A stretch of DNA of 64,000 nucleotides from Leucoraja erinacea (Eukaryota), in the NCBI RefSeq assembly GCF_028641065.1, contig NC_073410.1, positions 17,794,001-17,858,000 of the forward strand, written 5' to 3'. The first letter of the stretch is position 1, and the number at the start of each line of letters is the position of its first letter. Shown piece by piece: positions 11,946 through 25,295 of this stretch. The notes beneath the pieces are model-generated. The model made no database searches. It was not told where the DNA came from and saw nothing but the letters and a program-made list of their open reading frames with translations. Made by a program: the position numbers and the translations under genes.

Positions 11946-14900
11946 CATTCCTCACACCTAACACTGTCCCCCAGCTTAGTGTCATCCGCAACCTTGGAGA
12001 TATTGCCTTCAATTCCCTCATCCAGATCATTAATCTATATTGTAAATAGCTGGGGTCCCAGTACTGAGCCTTGCGGTACCTCACTAGCCTGCCATTGTGA
12101 AAAGGACCCGTTTACTCCTACTCTTTGCTTTCTGTTTGCCAGCCAGTTCTCTATCCACATCAATACTGAACCCCCAATGCCATGTGCTTTAAGTTTGTAT
12201 ACTAATCTTTTATGTGGGACCTTGTCGAAAGCCTTCTGGAAGTCCAGATACACCACATCCACTGGATCTCCCCTATCCACGCTACTAGTTACATCCTCGA
12301 AAAATTCTATATGATTCGTCAGACATGATTTACTTTTCGTAAATTCATGCTGACTTTGTCCAATGATTTCACCACTTTCCAAATGTGCTGCTATCCCATC
12401 TTTAATAACTGACTCTAGCAGTTTCCCCACTACCGATGTTAGACTAACTGGTCTGTAATTCCACGTTTTCTCTCTCCCTCCCTTCTTAAAAAGTGGGGTT
12501 ACCTTTTATGAACCGCCAATCCTCTGGAACTACTCCAGAATCTAAAGAGTTTTGAAAGATTATTACTAATGCATCCACTATTTCTGGAGCTACTTCCTTA
12601 AGTATTCCGGGATGCAGCCTATCTGGCCCTGGGGATGTATCGGCCTTTAATCCATTCAATTTACCCAACACCACTTCCCGACTAACCTGGATTTCACTCA
12701 ATTCCTCCAGCTCCTTTGACCCGCGGGCCCCTGCTATTTCCGGCAGATCATTTATGTCTTCCTTAGTGAAGACGGAACCAAAGTAGTTATTCAATTGGTC
12801 CGCCATATCCTGGTTCCCCATGATCAACTCACCTGTTTCTGACTGCAAGGGACCTACATTTTGTTTTAACTAATCGCTTTCTTTTCACATATCTATAAAA
12901 TCTTTTGCAGTCAGTTTTTATGTTCCCTGCCAGTTTTCTTTCATAATCCATTTTTCCTTTCCTAATTAAGCCCTTTGTCCTCCTCTGCTGGTCTCTGAAT
13001 TTCTCCCAGTCCTCCGGTATGCTGCTTTTTCTGGCTAGTTTGTACGCATCATCCTTTGCTTTGATACTATCCATGATTTCCCTTGTTATCCATGGATGCA
13101 CTACCTTCCCTGATTCATTATTTTGCCAAACTGGGATGAACAATTTTTGTAGTTCATCCATGCAGTCTATAAATGCCTTCCATTGCATATCCACCGTCAA
13201 CCCTTTTAGAATTAATTGCCAATCAATCTTGGCCAATTCACGTCTCATACCCTCAAAGTTAACTTTCTTTAAGTTCAAAACCATTGTTTCTGAATTAACA
13301 ATGTCACTCCCCATCCTAATGAAGAACTCAATCATATTATGGTCACTCTTGCCCAAGGGGCCACGCACAACAAGACTACTAACTAACCCTTCCTCATTAC
13401 TCGATACCCAGTCTAAAATAGCCAGCTCTCTCGTTGGTTCCTCTACATGTTGACTTAGATAACTATCCCGCATACATTCCAAGAAATCCTCTTCCTCAGC
13501 ACCCCTGCCAATTTGATTCACCCAATCTATATGTAGATTGAAGTCACCCATTATAACTGCTTTGCTTTTGTCGCAAGCATTTCTAATTTCCTGTTTGATA
13601 CCATCTCCAACTTCACTGCTACTGTTAGGTGGCCTGTACACAACACCCACCAGCGTTTTCTGCCCCTTAGTGTTTCGCAGCTCTACCCATACCGATTCCA
13701 CATCCTCCAAACTAATGTCCTTCCTTTCCATTGCGTTAATCTGCTCTCTAACCAGCAACTCTACCCCACCTCCTTTTCCTTTCTCTCTATCCCTCCTGAA
13801 TATTGAATATCCCTGGATTTCAGCTCCCAGCCTTGGTCACCCTGGAGCCATGTCTCCGTGATCCCAACTATATCATAATCATTATTGGCTATCTGCACGT
13901 TCAACTCATGCACCTTATTACGAATACTCCTTGCATTGAGACACAGAGCCTTCAGGCTTGTTTTTACAACTCTCTTACCCCTTATACAATTATGTTGAGA
14001 AGTGGCCCTTTTTGATTTTTGCCCTGGTTTTGACGGCCTGCCAACTTTACTTTTCACCTTGCTACCACTTTCTTCCACTCTCATTTTACACCCCCCTGCC
14101 TCTCTGCTCTTGTACCCATCCCCCTGCCACATTAGTTTAAATCCTCCCCGACAGCACTAGCAAACACTCCCCCAAGGACATTGGTTCCATTCCAGCCCAG
14201 GTGCAGACCGTCCTGTTTCTACTGGTCCCACCTCCCCCAGAACTGTTTCCAATGCCCTTAAAATTTGAATCCCTCCCCCTTGCACCATTTTTCAAGCCAC
14301 GTATTCATCTGCAATATCCTCTTATTTCTGCTCTGAATGGCCCGTGGTACTGGTAGTAATCCAATGATTATTACCTTCGAGGTCCTACTTTTAAGCTTAT
14401 CTCCTAGCTCCCTAAATTCATCCTGTAGGACCTCATCCCTTTTCTTACCTATATCGTTGGTGCCAATATGTACCACGACAACTGGCTGTTCACCCTCCCC
14501 CTCCAGAATGTTCTGCAGCCGTTCAGTGACATCCCTGACCCTTGCACCAGGGAGGCAACATACCATCCTGGAGTCTCTTTTGCGGCCGCAGAAACGCCTA
14601 TCTATTCCCCTGACAATTGAATCCCCTATTACTATTGCCCTTCCACTCTTCCCGCCCCCCCCCTCCCCCCTCATGTGCCGCAGAGCCACCCATGGTGCCA
14701 TGAACTTGGCTGCTGCTGCCTTCCCCTGATGAGCAATCTCCCTCAACAGTTTCCAAAATTGTATACCTGTTTAGGAGGGAGATGACCACAGGGGACTCCT
14801 GCACTACCTGCCTACTGCTATGCTGGCTATTGGCCACCCGTTCCCTTTCTGTCCTCTTACCTTTTACCTGCGGTGTGACCAACTCACTGTACGTGCTGGC

Positions 14901-15335
14901 CCTCATTCTCCCCCTTATCCGAATACAATAAAGCCTTACCCGGGATACAAGCAAATCAGCTGCTTCCTCTGGTCCTCTTCCACCAATCAGAGGCTTCCAC
15001 CAGACTCCTTCTCTGGAAGTGAGATGGAATGTTGCATATTTGGGTAACTCACAGCTCCAGGTAACTCCTCCTCGCACCAACGGCTCCCCGGGCCTCTGTA
15101 GCAGCAAGCCCCGCGCTGTTTTATACTCACAGCTCCAGGTAACTCCTCTTCGCATCCACGGCTCCCCGGGCCTCTGTAGAAGCAAGCCCCGCGCTGTTTT
15201 TATACTCACAGCTCCAGGTAACTCCTCTTCGCATCCACGGCTCCCCGGGCCTCTGTAGAAGCAAGCCCGCGCTGTTTTTATACTCACAGCTCCAGGTAAG
15301 TGCTCCTCGCACCAACGGCACCCTGGGCCTCTCCA
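11945..15335 (-). mobile_element. CR1 LINE, 5'-complete and 3'-truncated (ORF1 esterase, ORF2 APE-RT)
   Basis: ORF1: IVIGDSIVR..VVVHIGTND (SGNH/GDSL). ORF2: CLNARSIRNK..GITETWL, VYRPP, MGDFN, SDHN, PGPD, YLDFQKAFDKVPH, VPQGSVLGP. Several frameshifts. Confidence 0.92.
15047..15335 (-). repeat. 78-79 bp tandem repeat, about 3.7 copies, at the CR1 5' end
   Basis: Units start at 15047, 15125, 15204 and 15282 (ACTCACAGCTCCAGGTAA...). Confidence 0.9.
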
Positions 15336-15578
15336 AGTCAAGTCAAAAGAGTTTTATTGTCATGTGGGTGAACAAAATTGCTGGAGAAATACAGCGGGTA
15401 CGGCTGCATCTATGGAGCGAAGGAAATAGGCAACGTATCGGGCCGAAACCCTTCCTCAGACTTTTATTGTCATGTGTCCCAGATAGGACAATGAAATTCT
15501 TGCTTGCTGTAGCACAACAGAATATGTAAACATAATACAGAACAGGAGATAAAACTTCAGTGTGTTTATATACCATAG

Positions 15579-15582
<4 letters not shown>

Positions 15583-15626
<44 letters not shown>

Positions 15627-15640
15627 TATATATATATGTA
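15583..15640. repeat. (TA)n microsatellite
   Basis: Direct reading of the sequence. Confidence 0.95.
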
Positions 15641-16079
15641 TGTATTATATATGGTCTATGGTATGATGATATTTGGTCTATATATATATATATATGTGCA
15701 ATAAATCAACAGGTAAAAGGCTGTTATTGTGCAGAGTTTGGAGTTTGGAGTTTGGTGATGGACTCTCCACTACCTCCAGGTTAAATTCCACGACTATCGT
15801 GTTCTGTGTTATTTTTTTTTCGTATGGCTGTATGGTGACCAGAAAATTCACTGTACAAATTAGGGCAGGTGACAATAATTGTATTTTGTCTTGTGTTGTC
15901 TTATTATTTTTAGGCCCACATCCTTGATTACTCTGAGGTGTAGACCATCTGAAACAGTTTACCGAACACTCCTTCCCACTAGATCCTCGGTCCTCTACAA
16001 TTTTTGGACATGATGCCGAGTTAATCATTAATTCCTGCCACGATAAACTGCCTGCAAATGTTCCATGTTGCTTCGTTCA

Positions 16080-19000
16080 CTCCTCTCCCTCTCTCCCCTC
16101 AACCCCCCCCCCCCCACAACTCTCTTTCTCTCTCTCCTCTCTCACACTCCCTCATTCCCCCACTCACTCCCCCTCACTCTCTCTCTCACACTAACTACCT
16201 CTCTCCGTCTCTGCCTCTCCCCCTCACTCTCAATCTCCCACTTTCTCCCACGCCCAACCCTTCTCGCACCCCTTCCCTCTCCATCCCCTCCATCGCACCT
16301 CGTTCTCTCTCGTTCCCCGTGTGCCCCCACTATCTCCCCTTCTCCCTCAACACCCTCTCTCTATCTCCCCCTCTCTGACTTCCACCCTCTCTTTCTATAT
16401 CTATCCTCTCTACCTCTTTCTCTTCGTCCCCCTCACTCTCACTCTCCTCTCTCCCCCCCACTGTCGTTCTTTATACTTTCTATCTCTATCTCCCTCTCCC
16501 CCTCTCGCTGCATCTCCCCTCACTATCACACGTTCTCTCCCCCTGCATCTCAACGCCCTCCCTCGCAACCCCTCACTCTCTTTTCCCCGTGCCCCCTCTC
16601 ACCTCCTCCCCCTCTGTATCACCCCCTATCTTTCTGCCCCCCCCTCTCTCTCTCTCCAGCCACCCACTCTCACTCTCCCCGTGTCATCCTCTTCCCTCTC
16701 ACTCTCTCTTGGTCCCCTCTCTCGCTCTCTCCTACCCCACCCTCCGTGTCTTTCCCTCTCCCTCTCTCCCCCTCTCTACGCCTCTCTCTCCCAGTCTCTC
16801 TCTCTCTCTCTACCCCCTCGAGCTCTCCCCTTTCTCTCCCTCCAGCTCTCTCTTCCTCTCTACCCCCCCTCTTTCAATTCCCCCTCTCTCCCCTTTCTCT
16901 CCCTCTCTATCCCTCTCTCTCCGCCCCCTCTCTCCCTCACTCTGCCCTTCTCTCTCCCACTACATCCCTCTCTCTCNNNNNNNNNNNNNNNNNNNNNNNN
17001 NNNNNNNNNNNNNNNNNNNNNNNNNNNNNNNNNNNNNNNNNNNNNNNNNNNNNNNNNNNNNNNNNNNNNNNNNNNNNNNNNNNNNNNNNNNNNNNNNNNN
17101 NNNNNNNNNNNNNNNNNNNNNNNNNNNNNNNNNNNNNNNNNCCTGCCTCCCTCTGTCCCCCACTTTCTCTCCTCAACCCTCTCTTTTATCTCTCTGCGCC
17201 CTCCTTCTCAAACCCCATCTCTCTCTTACCCTGTCCCCTCTCTCCCCTCCCTCCCATCACCCCTATCTCTCTCTCTCCCCCCCTCTCTCTCTTCCACCCT
17301 CTAGCTGCAGCTCCCTCTCTCATCTCTACCGCTCTCTCACACGCCCCCCTCAATCTCAGTATCTCTCTTTCCTCGCCTTCTTCTCCCACTCCATCTCTAT
17401 CTCCCTCTCCCCTCCCTCTCCCCCCTCACTATCTCTCTCTCCCTATCCACCTCATCTCTACACCCGCCCTCGCACCCTTATTCTCCCCCATGTGCCCCCT
17501 CTCTCTCCCCTCTAACCCCCTTTGTATCTCCCCGCTCTCTCCCCCCTCTCTCTCTGCAACCCTCACTCACTCTCACACTTGCTGTCTCTTCCCGCTCTCT
17601 CTAGCCCCCTCTCTCCCCCCTTCCTCTCCCCTCTCCACTCTCCCTCCCCTCTCTATACCCCCTGTCTCTCCATACTTCTCGCCTCTCTCTCTCTCTCCCT
17701 CCTGCTCTCCCCACTCCCACCTATAACCCTCTCTCCCCGCCCCCTCAGTCTCACTCTCCTTTCTCCCTCTCCCTGTCTATCTCCCAGTGCATCTCTAGTT
17801 CCCTCTCTCCCACTCTGCCCTTTCTCTCTTTTCCCCTCCCCCTCTATCGCGCCCCTCCGTCTCCACCCACTCTCCCGCCTCTCTCCCCCGCACACGCTCT
17901 CCACCTCACTCCCACCCGTCACCCTCCCCTTCCCTCTCCCCTTCTCTCTCCCTCCCTCTCTTCCTACCCCGCTCACTTCCTCGCTCTCACCCCCTATCGT
18001 TCTCTTCTCTCTCTGTCACTTCTCTCTCCCTCTTTCTCCTCGCCTGTCCTCTCTCGCACTCTATCTTCCCCTCACTCTCACACGTTATCTCACACTACCC
18101 TTACTCTTCCCCCTCTCTCTTTCTCCCTGTCTCCCTCCCTCTCTCCCTCCCCTCACTCCCCGCTCACTCTCACTTTATCTTTCTCTCTAACCCCCTACTA
18201 CTTTCCTCTCTGCCCCCTCTCTCCCTCTTTCTCTCTCACCCCTTCCCCACTCTATTTATACCCTCTCGCCCCCTCTTTCTCGACCTCCCTCTCACCCCCT
18301 CTACCCCCCTCTCGCACTCCCACTCCTTTGAAACACTCCGTCTCTCCCCCTTTCTCTCCCTCTCTTTCCTTCTCTCCCTCTCTTGACTCTATCCACCCCC
18401 AGCCCGCACCTCCATCTCACTGCCTCTCTCCCTTACTCCCCGATCTCACTCCATCTCTCTCTCCTCCACTCTCTCTCCACTCTCTCTCCCTCCCCATCAA
18501 TCCCTCTCTGACTGACCCCCTCTCCCCCGCTCTCCCACCCCCTCTTTATCACTCTCCCCTACTATATATATATTTTCCCCCTCTCTCTCCCCCGCCGTTT
18601 TCCCCCTGGCTCCCTCTCCGCCATCTCTCTGCCCCCTCTCTCTCTCCGTTTCTCCCGCTCGCTATCCCATCTCTCCGTCGACCTGTCTCAATCTCACTCT
18701 CCCTCCCTCTCTCTCTCTCTCCCACTCTATCCAACTCTAACCATATCTCCACCTTCCCTCACACCCCTTCTCCCCTTTCTAACTCGCCTCCTCCGCAGAA
18801 AGAGAGAGGAGAGGGAGAGGGAGAGATAAATAGGGAGGAAGGGAGGGAGGGGGAGAGGGATGGAGTTAGTGAGAGAATGACATCGATGGCGAGTGAGTGA
18901 GAGGCGGAGAGAGGGATATGGAGAGGGAGTGAGAGAGGGAGAGAGAGAGGGGGAGTGAGAGGGGAGAGAAAGAGAGGAGAGAGAGGGGTAGATGCAGGGA

Positions 19001-21655
19001 GAGAGAGGGGGAGAGGGAGAGAGAAGAGGAGGGGGAGAGAGAGGGGAAAGGCTGAGGGAGGGGGAGAGGGGAGTGTGGGAGAGGTGGAGAGGAGAGCAGG
19101 GGGGGAGGTGGATAGGGAGCAGAGAAGGAGAGGGGGGGAGAGAGGGGGGCGGAGAGAGTGGGGTGGGATAGAGGTGGAGAGAGAGCAGAGGGAGAGGGAG
19201 AGAGAGCATTGGCAGGGGAGAGAGGGGGGAGGGGGATTGGATTATGAGAGAGGGGGAGAGGGAAGAAGGGGGACATGATATGGGGTGGGGGAAAGTTGGG
19301 GAGTGGGTGAGCAAGGGAGAGAGGGGGAGAGAGGGGACGGCAAAGGGTGTGAGGGGCAGATTGACGTAGGAGTTAGAGTGGACAGGGAGAGGGGACAGGT
19401 AGATATAGGGGAGAGAGGGGGAGGGGAGAGGGGAGTCAGAGGGGGAGAGGGAGAGCAAAATGGGAGAGGGAGGAGAGGTGGAGGAGAGAGAGAGAGGGTG
19501 GGAGGGAGGAGGGGGGGGAGAAAGTGGGGAAGGGGAGCGAGATATAGGATCAGAGACAAAGAGGTGAGTGAGAGTTGGGGCGAGAGAGAGAGGAGGATGA
19601 ACGGGGAGAGAGAGGGGAGAGGGAAAGAGGGGAGAGGATGGAGGGAGATAGCGTGGGAGGGGAACGGGGAGGGAGAGGGGAGGGGAACCCCCGGGACAGA
19701 GACGAGGAATTCCCAGAGGAAGCTCTCCCCCTAGTGGAAAGCGGGGGGGTGTGTGGGGTGAGGGGGAGGGCAGGTCTTCTGAGGGGGAGATTGGGTGGGT
19801 GAACGGGGGGGAAGACGGGAGATGAGACACGGGGGGAGAGATATAGATGGATAGAGGACGGGACTTTTAGAGAGGGAGAGGGGTAGGGGAGATGGAGGGG
19901 AATAGAAGGCAGGGCACAGGCGGGTGGGGGGACGTGAATGGGAATGGAGAGGGGGGGAGAAGCGGAGAGGGAGGGGGAGAGAGGGGGAGGGGGGGGGAAA
20001 TTCGGGGGGAACAGGGTAAGGCGAGTGGCTGGAGAGGAGAGGGGGGTGGGACGGTGGGGGTGTGGGGAGGGTGTCGGGGAGAGAGGAGGGGATGAGCGGG
20101 GAGTGAATGAGAGTGGGGGAGGAGCGGGAGAGAGGGGAATGAAACGGGGGCGGAGCCTGAGGTGAGGGGACGGGGGGGGAGACCTGGGGGAAGGGGGGGA
20201 TTTAGAGGAGTAGGAGAGGGGAGGTTCGGGATGTAGGGGATTCCATAAATGGGGTGGTGGAGGGGGGGGGGGGGCTGGGGGGATGGCGGGGGTATAGAGG
20301 GGGGGGAAACAGGGGAGTGACGGGAGAGACGGGAGAGGAGGGATTGGACCGGACTTGAGGGGGGGAGACAGAGATTTGGAGAGACGGGGGGGGACGAGGA
20401 GGAGATCAGGAGGGGGGGAGGAACCGGGGAGGTAGGGGGGGAGGGGAGGGGAATGGGGCGGGGAGACTAGGGGGAAATTGGGGAGGGAATGGGGGTCGGG
20501 ACGATTCCGGCGGAGGGAACGCAGTGGATGGTGAGAGAAGAGGTCGGGATCGGGAGGGAGGACGGAGGGGGAGAGGTGGGGAGGGGAAGGGGAGGAGGGA
20601 GGGGGGGGAATGGGAGATAACCAGGGCGGAGGGGGGTCCTATGGGAGGGGGGAAGTGATGGGGAAGAGGGGGAGGGGGGTCCAGGGGGGAGATAAGATGA
20701 CTGGAGGGGGGGGATAGAGGGGGGATTCTAAGTTGGGAGGGGGGGGCGGGGGGATTGGGAGGGAGAGACGAGGAGACGGGAGGGGCGTGGAGACGGGAGA
20801 GGGGGAGGGGCAGAGGGGGAGGGAGGGTTAGGGCGGAGGGGGGGGACGAGGACGGGGAGGGGGCGTGCGAGGGATGGGAGAGAATGGTGGGGGGAGGGAC
20901 GGGAGGGGAGAGGACCGGGGACGGGGGTAGGAGGAGGGGGAGGTGATGGGGAGACACGGTGTGTGGAGGGACAGGAAGGGGGGAAGACGGGAGGGCGAGA
21001 GACGGGAGGGGGGAGTGGCGGGAGGTAGCTGAGAGACGTGAAGGGGCGGGCTGGGGGGGGGAGTCGGGGTCGGTAGTGGTCAGAGACAGGAGGGAAATAA
21101 ACGAGAGAGAGAGGACCGGAGGGGGGAAAGCCGGGAAGGAGGAGAGACGGGGCGGCGCGAAAAGACGGGAGTGGGGGGGAGACACGGGGGGAGAGACGGT
21201 AGGGGGTTTAGAGACGAGAGGGGGGGACGGAGGCTGTAGAGACGAGAGGGGGGTAGAGACGGGAGGGGGAGACGGGAGTTTGTGAGACGGGAAGGGGGAG
21301 AGGGAGGGAGGGGGAGGGGTGTTGGGGAAGACGGGAGCGGGGAGAAGGGTGGGGAGAAAAGAGGGGGGGACGGGAGGTGGTGGCCGGGGGGATACGGGGG
21401 GCGGGGTGAAGGCAATAGAGAAAGGAGTGTGCGGAAACTTTTGAGGTGGGGAGAGATGGAAGAGGAAGAGAGACGGGAAAGGATAGAGACGAGTGGGGGG
21501 AAAGACGGGAGGGCGAGAGAGACGGGAGGGGAGAGAGGCGGGAGGGCAGATAGACGGAAGGGGGAGAGATGGGAAGAGGAGAGACAGGAGGGCGGTAAAC
21601 GGGAGGGGAGAGAGACGGGAGGGGAGAAAGACGGGAGAGGTGGAGACGGGAAGGG
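16080..21655. repeat. Polypyrimidine (16080 to about 18795) then polypurine (about 18795 to 21655) low-complexity tract
   Basis: CT-rich then GA/G-rich composition. All ORFs here are compositional artefacts. Confidence 0.9.
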
Positions 21656-21656
21656 T

Positions 21657-24600
21657 TGTAGATTATCCCTTATTATTTATAATCTCCGCTATACATATGT
21701 GCATACCACCCTTCACACAGTGTTACGAAGTTACACAGCTTTACACTAGCAAGTTCAGCCAGTTCTACCTGATGCCACGCTGAGCTGGATGAGAATGGCT
21801 GTCAGTTTAATCTTACTGTTTGCAAATGGAATAAAGATTGATCTTCACTATAAATATGGTGCCAGAGTCTTGAGCCACGTCTCCAACACTGTTGCCTGTA
21901 TTTATTTTTATTTTGTTCTTTTAACCTGGAACAATGACAGTTTATTTTCGTAGACCAGATCCTTTGTTGTTCGACAGTAACACATCTTCGAAGTGTATTT
22001 CGGAATTTTCACAGATGCTGCCCACGCGGGAACTGCTCCCCGCACCGTTGCACCAATTCTCCTCTACGTAGCGGCACAGAGGCTGCCCTGGATGCACAGG
22101 ATTTCCACTACGCACTGGAACATACCGTTGCGGTAACACATGTTGTGACCCCGGCAAAGCCCATCAGAGACGTCACCTGCCATCTCCAAATGTTCCGTGA
22201 CCTGTGCCAACTTCGCACTAACGTTATCCTTGTGCACCACAAGTTTTTTCCCCATAGTCAACAAGAGGGAGAGACTGTCGAATCCTACATCGGTGCCCTG
22301 AAGAGCATGGCAGCAAGATGCCATTTTCAAGACCTGGATATGCGCATCCGCGCCAGACTCGTACAGTACATCATGAAATACAAGGTGAGAAACGCATTAC
22401 TCTGGGATGAGGAGCTTAACTAATCAAGGCAGGAACGTGCCTGCCGGGTTGCAGAGTACACTGCCACCGATACCGACACCCTGCTGCCGGGACCACACTC
22501 TGCCTCCGACGTCCATGCCTTCTAAAGATCCGCACGACAAACATCAACAACCCCTCGACAACCGCCGCCAACCCCAGGGAGGAGAACGGACCATGTGGTC
22601 CTTAACTGTGGTAACAGCAGAGGCTCACACTCGAAATTTCGTGAGCAATGCGTCAATGCCGGGCAAAACATGTCACGACTGTAAAACGAAAGGCCACTAT
22701 ATCCGGTGCTACCGTGTGCGTTGCAACAGGGCCCAACTTCAACAATATGTCTATGCGCTCGAGCCCACACTTTCCCACGAGGCACTGACTGAAACAACGT
22801 TTTCAGCAGAACCACGACCGCAGCACCTGCAAGAAGACAGATAACATATACATTTCTGTATGCCCGCTCACCGTCTACAAACGGTGATCCCATGACAACG
22901 CACAGTATCAGCTATACAAATATGTGTGGTGGGGGGGGGGGATTTCCACCAGTTGGCAAGGTCACATTACAATGGCATCTAGCGTCTCAAGTTTATGATC
23001 TGGATGTTTTCATCGTTAGGAGGGAACTACATCTCCTCCTGGGCATTGCTGCACGTCGCTTTGGTAAAACTGTGTACCAGTTGTCTACCTCTCAAAGTCC
23101 CACCCAACAATGACTCGAACAAACCAAATACCTTGTTGGTAATCAGCTAGGCATGCGTCCCTCTGAATACAGCATTGTAACCGATAAGGAAGTCATACAG
23201 GTCGTTCGATCTCCTCACCAAATCCCGCACACAATGAAGGGCCGCGCGAAAGATAAATTAGACAGAATGGAAACATTGGGTGTGATAGCCCCTGACAAAG
23301 ACCCCTCGGCCTGGGTCTCCGCCGTTGTCGCAACAGTCAAGAAGAACAAAGACGAAATAAGGATTTTCATCAATCCTAAAGAGTTAAACACAGCCATGAA
23401 GCGACCGTAGCACCCGATGCGGACGGTGCAAGAGGGTGAGGCTTAAATGGATAAAACCACAATCTTCTCTGTCCTAGATGCAAATAACTCATTTTGGCAA
23501 ATACCGCTAGACCATGTATCCTCCATGTTAACCACATTCGCGACAACCTTCGGACGCTACAGATTTTTACGAATGCCATTTGGCATCAATCCAGCCAGTG
23601 AAGTTTTCAAACGTACTATGGAACAACTCTTTAGTGGCTACCTATGCGACACAATCGTGGACGACATTCTGATCGCCGGGTGCAACGCACAAGAACATGA
23701 CTCGAACCTGAAGCAGGCCCCGGATCGTGACAGATAGGTAAATCTCAAACTAAACCCTCTCAAGTGCAGGTTTCCTGTCGACGAAATGACACATGTGGGC
23801 CACGTGTTCACCAACAACGGACTCAGACCAGACATGTCTAAAACCATTGTGATTAAAGAAATGCCAACAATTACGGAGTGCCATCTCTTCAACGATTTAT
23901 AGGCATGGTAAACTACCTGGGAAAATTCATCCCGAACTTCAGCTAGTTGTCAGCCATGCTGCGACAACTGACCCACAAGGATACAAAGTGGTCGTGGCAG
24001 CAACACCAGCAGAGGGAATTTGCAACCCTTAAACAACCAATGTATTTCGCTCCAATCCCCACATACTTTTACGCCAAGTTACCCATCACCCTCACCTATG
24101 ATGTCTCCCAATATGGACTGGGCGCCGCTTGCCTACAAGTCGAAAGGAAGGGTCCCAGACCAGTTGTCGATGCTTCCCGCACCATGCCCCACACCGAACA
24201 GCGCGACGCTCAAATCCAGAAGGAATTCCTCGCAGTACCTTCTGCCTGCAAGAAATTCAAGGACTTTATATTTGGCAACCCGATCGCGATTGAGACCGAC
24301 CACCTGCCCCTGCTCAGTATCTTCGGTAAACCGATCCACACGGCACCAGCGCGTTTACAACGCATGATGATGGAACTACAGAGATATGACATCAGACTAA
24401 CCTACAAACGTGTCAAGAACATGCACTTAGCTGACACCCGCTCACAGGCGCCTTGCCCAACATGCGAAAAACACCTCACTGATGATGAGCACGAGGGCTA
24501 CACGGTTCTGATGGTCTCCTGCCTTCCATCGGCGGGCTTAGACATCCTAGTAGCACAAACAGCTGCAGACGAAACGCTACAATCGCTGGCCACTGCCATC

Positions 24601-24740
24601 CGCCATGGATGGTCAGACAAACAGCACCACCGCAGCAGTCTGTCCATTCATTCTACCCTGTCCGCGATTAACTGGTTATTCAAGACGGCATTATAATGAA
24701 AGGACATAAGGCAGTCATCCCGACGTCTCTTCACATCAAG
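21657..24740 (+). mobile_element. Degenerate Gypsy LTR retrotransposon (5'LTR, PBS, gag, RT, RNase H)
   Basis: TG-starting LTR with AATAAA; PBS-like TGGTGCCAG at about 21856. RT: FSVLDANNSFWQ..FGRYRFLRMPFGI..IVDDILI. RNase H: DVSQYGLGA..IETDH.PL..RLQRM..ADT. Ends before the integrase core. Confidence 0.88.
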
Positions 24741-25009
24741 TAGAAACATAGAAACATAGAAACATTTATTTTAAAATGTCCATCGAAAGATTTTTTCCCC
24801 TGTCTCTAGACAAACAAAGTGAAGCAGTGCTTGTTTTTCATATTTTGACCTTGGATAAATAATATGAAGCAGCTCTTGTTTTTCACAGTTAACATGCACT
24901 TTTTAACCAGAACATTAATTTGTTTTGGCTATTGAGTGGTAAATATGCCTTGTCTTTACGTTGGGAGCTGTCATTGGGAGATATATGTGTAGGGGAAGGA
25001 TTAAGTAGC

Positions 25010-25295
25010 GTACATAGAAACATAGACACATAGAAAAAAAGGTGCAGTAGTAGGTCATTCGGGCATTCGAGCCTGCCGCCATTCAATATGATCATGACTG
25101 ATCATCCAACTCAGTATCCTGTACCTCCCTTTAGCCACAAGGGCCACATCAAACTCCTTCTTAAATCTAGCCAATGAACTGGCCTCAACTACCTTCGGTG
25201 GCAGAGAATTCCAGAGATTCACCACTCTCAGTGTGAAAAATGTTTTCCTCATCTGGGTCCTAAAAGATTTCCCACTTATCCTTAAACTGTGACCA
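25010..25295 (-). mobile_element. CR1 3' tail fragment
   Basis: GHSLRISGKSFRTQMRKTFFT.RVVNLWNSLP plus 3'UTR. Confidence 0.85.

Noticed and set aside
16058-21783. Long Pro/Ser/Leu and Gly/Arg/Glu ORFs
   Set aside because: Translations of low-complexity CT/GA tracts.
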